Source: a virus. Taken from it: a DNA stretch of 64,000 bases. Shown here in pieces: positions 59,725 to 64,000 of this stretch; the stretch's first letter is position 1; each line of letters opens with the position of its first letter. The notes under the pieces were generated by a model. That model saw only the letters and a program-made list of their open reading frames with translations, was not told the DNA's origin and ran no database searches. The stretch covers positions 107,172-171,171 of IMG/VR virus record IMGVR_UViG_3300042301_004349. The stretch is one strand, 5' to 3'. The position numbers and the translations under genes were made by a program.

Positions 59725-59937
59725 TTAAGCTAACTTGTAGCTCCAACGGATAAGGTCCTCGTCCTCTATCTCATCCTCAAACACCATCGCTTGTGAGCCT
59801 AGGATGTCTTGAAGCTGGTAAAGGTTAACGCGCTTCCAGAAGCCGAAGCGTAGGGCGAACCGGCCACCCACTTGATAAATTGAGAAATCACCGATTTCAG
59901 ATCGGATTAGTGCGAGAGTATCTGCGCTTATGTTCAT
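59725..59937 (-). CDS. Early hypothetical protein
   Basis: Own cassette. Confidence 0.65.
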   Translation of the reverse strand: MNISADTLALIRSEIGDFSIYQVGGRFALRFGFWKRVNLYQLQDILGSQAMVFEDEIEDEDLIRWSYKLA

Positions 59938-59999
59938 ACTTTTTAAATTTAATTACGTTATAAATATACGCACTGAACTCTGCCCCGCCACGTTCCGTC

Positions 60000-60269
60000 T
60001 TAAAAGAAGAACGCGTTCCAAGCGAACGGATTCAGTACCTTGTACCTTACACCTACGCCCGCTTGAGGCGCTTTAACGTAAGGTGATTGAACGGCTTCAA
60101 ACACGCAGTTGGTCTTACCCACACGGATCAATTTCCCTCGGCAAGTGGGTGAGTGGTTCTCGGATGTCTCTTTACCGATCACTGCCTTCAGATCTGAGAT
60201 CTGATCGTTCGGGCCGATGCTTTTTCTCGCGGCTATTAATTTGTTTGAAACGTAAATACCAATGCTCAT
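60000..60269 (-). CDS. Early hypothetical protein
   Basis: Own cassette. Confidence 0.6.
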   Translation of the reverse strand: MSIGIYVSNKLIAARKSIGPNDQISDLKAVIGKETSENHSPTCRGKLIRVGKTNCVFEAVQSPYVKAPQAGVGVRYKVLNPFAWNAFFF

Positions 60270-60323
60270 AACTTTTAATTTAATTGTGATGTAAATGTAC
60301 GAACGGGGTCTTGCCCCGCCTCG

Positions 60324-60479
60324 TTAGAACTGGATGTAATCAATTGCTTTTTCACCTATTGACTTACCGTCTCTAGTAATTTCGTAATTAGGATCCATTC
60401 CTGAGATCATGATGTGAGCAATTAAGTCACCAATGCAAGTGAACTCAGCTCCGTAATATTCACATTTTAAACTGTACAT
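60324..60479 (-). CDS. Early 51-aa protein (not in ORF track)
   Basis: MYSLKCEYYGAEFTCIGDLIAHIMISGMDPNYEITRDGKSIGEKAIDYIQF, between two cassettes. Confidence 0.7.
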   Translation of the reverse strand: MYSLKCEYYGAEFTCIGDLIAHIMISGMDPNYEITRDGKSIGEKAIDYIQF

Positions 60480-60544
60480 AATATTAATTTTTAAGTGCAA
60501 CGTAAATATACGCTACTCACTTTGACCATCCACGTACGAACAGA

Positions 60545-60576
60545 AAGAGGGAGCCGGGTAGACACCCAGCTCCTCT
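60545..60576 (-). terminator. Terminator-like hairpin
   Basis: AGAGGAGCTGGGT/ACCCGGCTCCCTCT followed by TTC. Confidence 0.6.
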
Positions 60577-60607
60577 AACCATTAAAAATTAAAAGTATGA
60601 ACCGTTT

Positions 60608-61000
60608 TTAAGCCACGTCGGCTATTATCGTTAATGGGGTTAATGTACGGGGCTCGTAGCCTACCTTATAACAATCCCATTCAAATTTATCGTTAAAAAC
60701 ATAAACGTAATCTACTCCATAATCGGAAGCAACCGTCTCTAGTTCGTTAATCTTCACATCCCTAGACTCAGTCATCCATTTAGGTTCTTTCTTATCGCGA
60801 TGGTAAGCAACACTTTCATCTGTTGTTTTACCCAGTGCGCTCAAATCACCCAACTCTAACAACTCAGCTACTGTAGCGGGTGTGTTGTAGTGTTCCACTA
60901 GTAGCTGCCCTACGTGATCTGGGTATCCATCCCAGTGACAGTAGATTATATTAGCAATTTCACCGTTTACTTGAGTTCCAATCAATGATCTTGTAGCCAT
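60608..61000 (-). CDS. Widespread phage protein (YCHWDGYP motif)
   Basis: MATRSLIG...IYCHWDGYP...ELGDLSAL. Confidence 0.7.
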   Translation of the reverse strand: MATRSLIGTQVNGEIANIIYCHWDGYPDHVGQLLVEHYNTPATVAELLELGDLSALGKTTDESVAYHRDKKEPKWMTESRDVKINELETVASDYGVDYVYVFNDKFEWDCYKVGYEPRTLTPLTIIADVA

Positions 61001-61055
61001 AACTTTAATTTTAATTTATGATGTAAACATACGCTAAAAAACTATGCCACCCAAC

Positions 61056-61310
61056 CTATGCCTCAGCAACAGGTTTCACACCACCCAACATGTTAAGGAC
61101 ATCATCCTCACTCAATCCCTCAACACCGTTTTCCTCATCTTTTCTCATGGAAACAGCCATCAAAGCCAATGTGATCACTTCAGCCAGATCAGGATTGTCG
61201 TTAATAACATTTGCAAACAAATTCATTAACTCTTGACCCGAGCCATCACATTCTACGTGGATCTGGTCCTCATCTGTTAATTCTACTCTAAAAAACGGTT
61301 TCTTGTTCAT
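61056..61310 (-). CDS. Early acidic hypothetical protein
   Basis: Own cassette. Confidence 0.6.
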   Translation of the reverse strand: MNKKPFFRVELTDEDQIHVECDGSGQELMNLFANVINDNPDLAEVITLALMAVSMRKDEENGVEGLSEDDVLNMLGGVKPVAEA

Positions 61311-61381
61311 AACAATTAATTTTTTAAATTTTATTTATGTGGGAAAAATACGAAAACTTACTCTGACCTCCAAATTTATTT

Positions 61382-61597
61382 TTAATAAAACACCCTTTGA
61401 TGTACCCCATGGAGTGAACTCACCCTCAGCTCACGCATCCAGCTGAACTGGTCTGGTTGGCTCTGGGGCTTCACCGTACGCTTCGGTTGCTCAACACCGT
61501 ACTCTAAATTGATGGGTTCACCCTCCGTACGTACTCCGAACAAAAACACCGTAAAAAATTGCAATAAGTTCACTTGAAAACCAAATAGTTTGATCAT
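61382..61597 (-). CDS. Early hypothetical protein
   Basis: Own cassette. Confidence 0.6.
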   Translation of the reverse strand: MIKLFGFQVNLLQFFTVFLFGVRTEGEPINLEYGVEQPKRTVKPQSQPDQFSWMRELRVSSLHGVHQRVFY

Positions 61598-61630
61598 AAT
61601 TTAATGTTTTAATGATGTAAATGTAATAAC

Positions 61631-61768
61631 CTACCTTTGCCAAACCGCTCTACGATCCCCTATTATACAGACCTGGCGTTTAGGTGCTTTAAAGCGTCTA
61701 ATCTTTCGTTCCACTGAACATGAAACACAGAGCGAGATTAATACAACCGCTACGATAAACTTTTTCAT
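61631..61768 (-). CDS. Small putative lipoprotein (start corrected)
   Basis: MKKFIVAVVLISLCVSC signal/lipobox-like N-terminus. Confidence 0.5.
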   Translation of the reverse strand: MKKFIVAVVLISLCVSCSVERKIRRFKAPKRQVCIIGDRRAVWQR

Positions 61769-61786
61769 TGTAATAGTATTGATGTT

Positions 61787-61832
61787 AAAAAAATAAAGCC
61801 CGTGGGGTGGGTGAAACCCACCCTTCACGGAC
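61787..61832 (-). terminator. Rho-independent terminator
   Basis: CCGTG..GGGTGGG-TTTCA-CCCACCC.CACGG followed by a T-run. Confidence 0.75.
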
Positions 61833-61834
61833 AA

Positions 61835-62086
61835 TTAAGCAGCCACCTGTGAACTGATCGGTGATGCTTTCTTAGGAGCACCACGCTTGATCACCTCACC
61901 AGCTGCGATCTTCGCTGCGCGCTCAGCTAACTTTCTTTGACGTGCTGATTCACCATTTGCAGGACGACCCCTACCGATTGATCCACCCGCGGCTGCTCTA
62001 GCTGCTCTGGCTGCTAGACGTGCTTGACGAGCTGATGTGTTAGATACTGGGCGACCTCTTTGTGCTGATTTTACTTCTGTTGACAT
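61835..62086 (-). CDS. Small Ala/Arg-rich AT-hook-like DNA-binding protein
   Basis: QRGRP, GRGRP and KRGAP within an internally duplicated unit. Confidence 0.65.
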   Translation of the reverse strand: MSTEVKSAQRGRPVSNTSARQARLAARAARAAAGGSIGRGRPANGESARQRKLAERAAKIAAGEVIKRGAPKKASPISSQVAA

Positions 62087-62154
62087 AACCTTGATTTTGT
62101 TTTTTATTTAATTTTATATTTTAAAGATAAGACGTTTTGTTCTGACCACCACCT

Positions 62155-62454
62155 TTATTGTTCGACGGGCTCACTAATTGCTTTTAGTGTCTCGTAAAAC
62201 TCATAGGTGAAGATCGTTCTGGGTTCACCAAAAATGATCTCGTGATCAATCCGCTCGTAACGATAGTGGTTATTAGTTCGGGTTAAAAGGATCTTATCGA
62301 TTGCCTTTAAGCACATTTCTTCACCGTAGAAAAAATCATCACTGTCAGCCATCAAATTAAACTCCTGGCCACCTTTTGCTTTCCAATATGGGGTCTCTTC
62401 TGAACCGTAGTTTTCCCAGACCTGAGCCGTAATTCTAATCAATGTGTTTTTCAT
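62155..62454 (-). CDS. Early hypothetical protein
   Basis: ENYG...YWKAKGG motif; own cassette. Confidence 0.65.
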   Translation of the reverse strand: MKNTLIRITAQVWENYGSEETPYWKAKGGQEFNLMADSDDFFYGEEMCLKAIDKILLTRTNNHYRYERIDHEIIFGEPRTIFTYEFYETLKAISEPVEQ

Positions 62455-62505
62455 AACCTTTAATTATAATGTAAATATCGGAACAAAACCCTGCCAGACC
62501 AACTA

Positions 62506-62661
62506 TTACTTCACAAAGCGGCCGTTGCGAACATCTCGCTTACGAACAACCCCACGACGGTCTCTCATCTCAATGATGTAACGGTTCTTAAAAAGGTTGT
62601 ACAGAAACCCAGCACCCAACACCACCAATGCTGATGTACCCAAAATTTGAAATAACTCCAT
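62506..62661 (-). CDS. Small TM protein with basic tail (start corrected)
   Basis: MELFQILGTSALVVLGAGFLY... Confidence 0.55.
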   Translation of the reverse strand: MELFQILGTSALVVLGAGFLYNLFKNRYIIEMRDRRGVVRKRDVRNGRFVK

Positions 62662-62683
62662 TTGTTTTTTGTTTAAGTTTAAA

Positions 62684-62869
62684 TTATTCATTTACATACT
62701 GCTCATACATTTCAAGAAGATCTTCTCCGTCTATTTCAAACGGATCTTCATCTTCAAAAAAACCATGAAACCCATTGTCTCTAACGAGGAAAACATCTTC
62801 CCCGATCTGTGTGATGTCTGCACCCGCTTTGGTAAGACTCACTAACGCATTTTCAATTTCCATTTTCAT
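62684..62869 (-). CDS. Early acidic protein (start corrected)
   Basis: Own cassette. Confidence 0.6.
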   Translation of the reverse strand: MKMEIENALVSLTKAGADITQIGEDVFLVRDNGFHGFFEDEDPFEIDGEDLLEMYEQYVNE

Positions 62870-62918
62870 AACCTTTAAGTACGATATAAATGTATGAACA
62901 AAACGCTGCCCAACCAAA

Positions 62919-63131
62919 CTACTTAGGTGAAAAAACAGCTTGCATTGCGTCTAGTCCGTAACGAACTCCCGCGTGAAAAATAAACAACAAATCAGTGTCA
63001 CTAGTGATTTCAATAGCGATCCTTTGCTGACCTGTTTCTTCATCTAGGTCTCCTATGAGGGTGACCTTTTCCTTCAATTCCTCTTTTAAATAAGCGAGGC
63101 GCTCTGGGCGCATAAAGATTTCTGCTTTCAT
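62919..63131 (-). CDS. Early hypothetical protein
   Basis: 70 aa. Confidence 0.6.
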   Translation of the reverse strand: MKAEIFMRPERLAYLKEELKEKVTLIGDLDEETGQQRIAIEITSDTDLLFIFHAGVRYGLDAMQAVFSPK

Positions 63132-63143
63132 AACTATTAATTT

Positions 63144-63305
63144 TTATTTCAATTCCATTAATTTCTTCATCATACCCAATTCAATGATTACATCACCATT
63201 CTTCTCTAAATTCTCTTTTAATAGGGGAAGGAGATGAACTACATTAGGGTGGTTACTTATCCCTAATCCCTTAATGAATTCACTTAACAACATCTTCTCT
63301 TTCAT
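63144..63305 (-). CDS. Early hypothetical protein with C-poor coding strand (start corrected)
   Basis: Own cassette; starts MKEKMLLSEF. Confidence 0.6.
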   Translation of the reverse strand: MKEKMLLSEFIKGLGISNHPNVVHLLPLLKENLEKNGDVIIELGMMKKLMELK

Positions 63306-63362
63306 AACTATTAATTTTAAATGTGATGTAAATATACGAACAGAACTATGACCGAACAAAAC

Positions 63363-63998
63363 TTATCGCCTAGTTGCTTTAGGGCGCCCGCGACGGCCGC
63401 CAGTGCGTGCCTTCACCAGTGCTTTTTGAGCCGCGCGGGAGGAAATCATTTCACTTGTGAGTGAAGGTCGTCCGCGCTTGCCGCCTGTAGGCTTTGATGT
63501 TTTTGATGTTACACCAGAAGCTGGGCGTCCTCTCTTACCTCCACTACGCTCTCCGCGAGCTACTTTTTCTGCTTCGCGAGCTAACCTTACCTCTGGATCA
63601 AGTGCTGGACGTCCTCTACGGCCACCCTCAACCTTCTCCTTCTTGGGTTTCATCCCACGCGCGAGCGTAGCTGCCTCACGTTCATCCGAACGATTCATCA
63701 TGCGGAGTGTCTTCTTATGTTTGATCACGGACGGGTGAATGATCACCTGATCCAAACCAAAACAACGACTCGCACCTGAAGCATCACGTACCTCATATCC
63801 ACCCTCAGGCCATCCTGGCTCACCGGCTTCACGTTGTCTGATGAGTGAAAAAAATAAACGCCCCTCATAAAAGTACGGTGCGGGTAAAACCCTATCGTGT
63901 GGTTTAAAAACAGATAACTCAGGTTCAATATCGGCGTAGCGCTTCACAGTTCCACACTGTTCACCACCAACCATAAATGGGGTTTCTACTAGTCTCAT
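63363..63998 (-). CDS. Multi-AT-hook protein
   Basis: Four (R/K)RGRP motifs in a basic C-terminal half. Confidence 0.7.
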   Translation of the reverse strand: MRLVETPFMVGGEQCGTVKRYADIEPELSVFKPHDRVLPAPYFYEGRLFFSLIRQREAGEPGWPEGGYEVRDASGASRCFGLDQVIIHPSVIKHKKTLRMMNRSDEREAATLARGMKPKKEKVEGGRRGRPALDPEVRLAREAEKVARGERSGGKRGRPASGVTSKTSKPTGGKRGRPSLTSEMISSRAAQKALVKARTGGRRGRPKATRR

Positions 63999-64000
63999 AT

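Larger units (their letters stand above)
57353..63362 (-). promoter_or_regulatory. Array of about 17 repeated early-promoter cassettes
   Basis: Minus-strand consensus CGTGG-N2/3-GG(T/G)CA-N9-10-CGTATATTTAC. + strand starts near 57353, 58108, 58383, 58656, 59002, 59346, 59692, 59960, 60291, 60502, 61023, 61343, 61617, 62121, 62471, 62886, 63328. Confidence 0.8.

Noticed and set aside
58986-63359. N-terminal extensions in the ORF track (…RTFTSYLKL, …HTFISYLKV, …RIFTSHLKL) as a shared peptide motif
   Set aside because: They are in-frame translations of the promoter cassette; the true starts are downstream
57353-63362. Repeat array as a CRISPR array or integron attC cassettes
   Set aside because: The repeats are degenerate and promoter-like, the 'spacers' are whole genes, there is no consistent attC palindrome, and no cas or integrase gene is in the window
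122-63738. All + strand ORFs in the track (for example 7969..8568, 23376..23813, 51719..52174)
   Set aside because: They are antisense shadows of well-supported minus-strand genes, with Ser/Leu/Phe-rich translations and no recognisable motifs
19359-63928. Alternate-frame minus ORFs 19359..19571, 33132..33323 and 63743..63928
   Set aside because: Each is fully nested in a better-supported gene and has no independent signals
1-64000. Stop-codon reassignment, inteins/introns, tRNAs, diversity-generating retroelement
   Set aside because: Core genes are intact and of normal size in the standard code, with TAA, TAG and TGA all used as stops. I saw no cloverleaf, reverse transcriptase or template/variable repeat pair by eye; a tRNA scan was not run.

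Overview
This is a 64-kb segment of a large lytic T4-related myovirus. The host is most likely a Bacteroidota bacterium: there are no Shine-Dalgarno motifs, leaders are A-rich, promoters carry a TAnnTTT-type -7 box, and one protein has SprB-like repeats. All credible genes are on the minus strand. Read in transcription order (right to left), the window has five parts. (i) 57.3-64 kb: a more GC-rich array of small early genes, nearly each preceded by its own copy of a ~35-bp promoter cassette. (ii) A gp55-like late sigma factor, baseplate/hub genes and a GH19 endolysin. (iii) GIY-YIG nuclease, primase and PD-(D/E)xK exonuclease. (iv) About 25 kb of putative internal-head cargo genes that share short targeting-like motifs. 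(v) Terminase, portal, prohead protease, scaffold, major capsid, PhoH, neck/tail-terminator genes and the start of a fibre gene. The most notable observations are: an acidic early gene whose coding strand has only 2 cytosines in 276 nt; the promoter-cassette gene array; a scaffold C-terminal motif reused on candidate cargo proteins; a late motif that is the reverse complement of the T4 late promoter and often sits inside hairpins; two candidate structured RNAs; and a split baseplate paralog carrying an adhesin. All product calls come from motif recognition and synteny, with no database searches.
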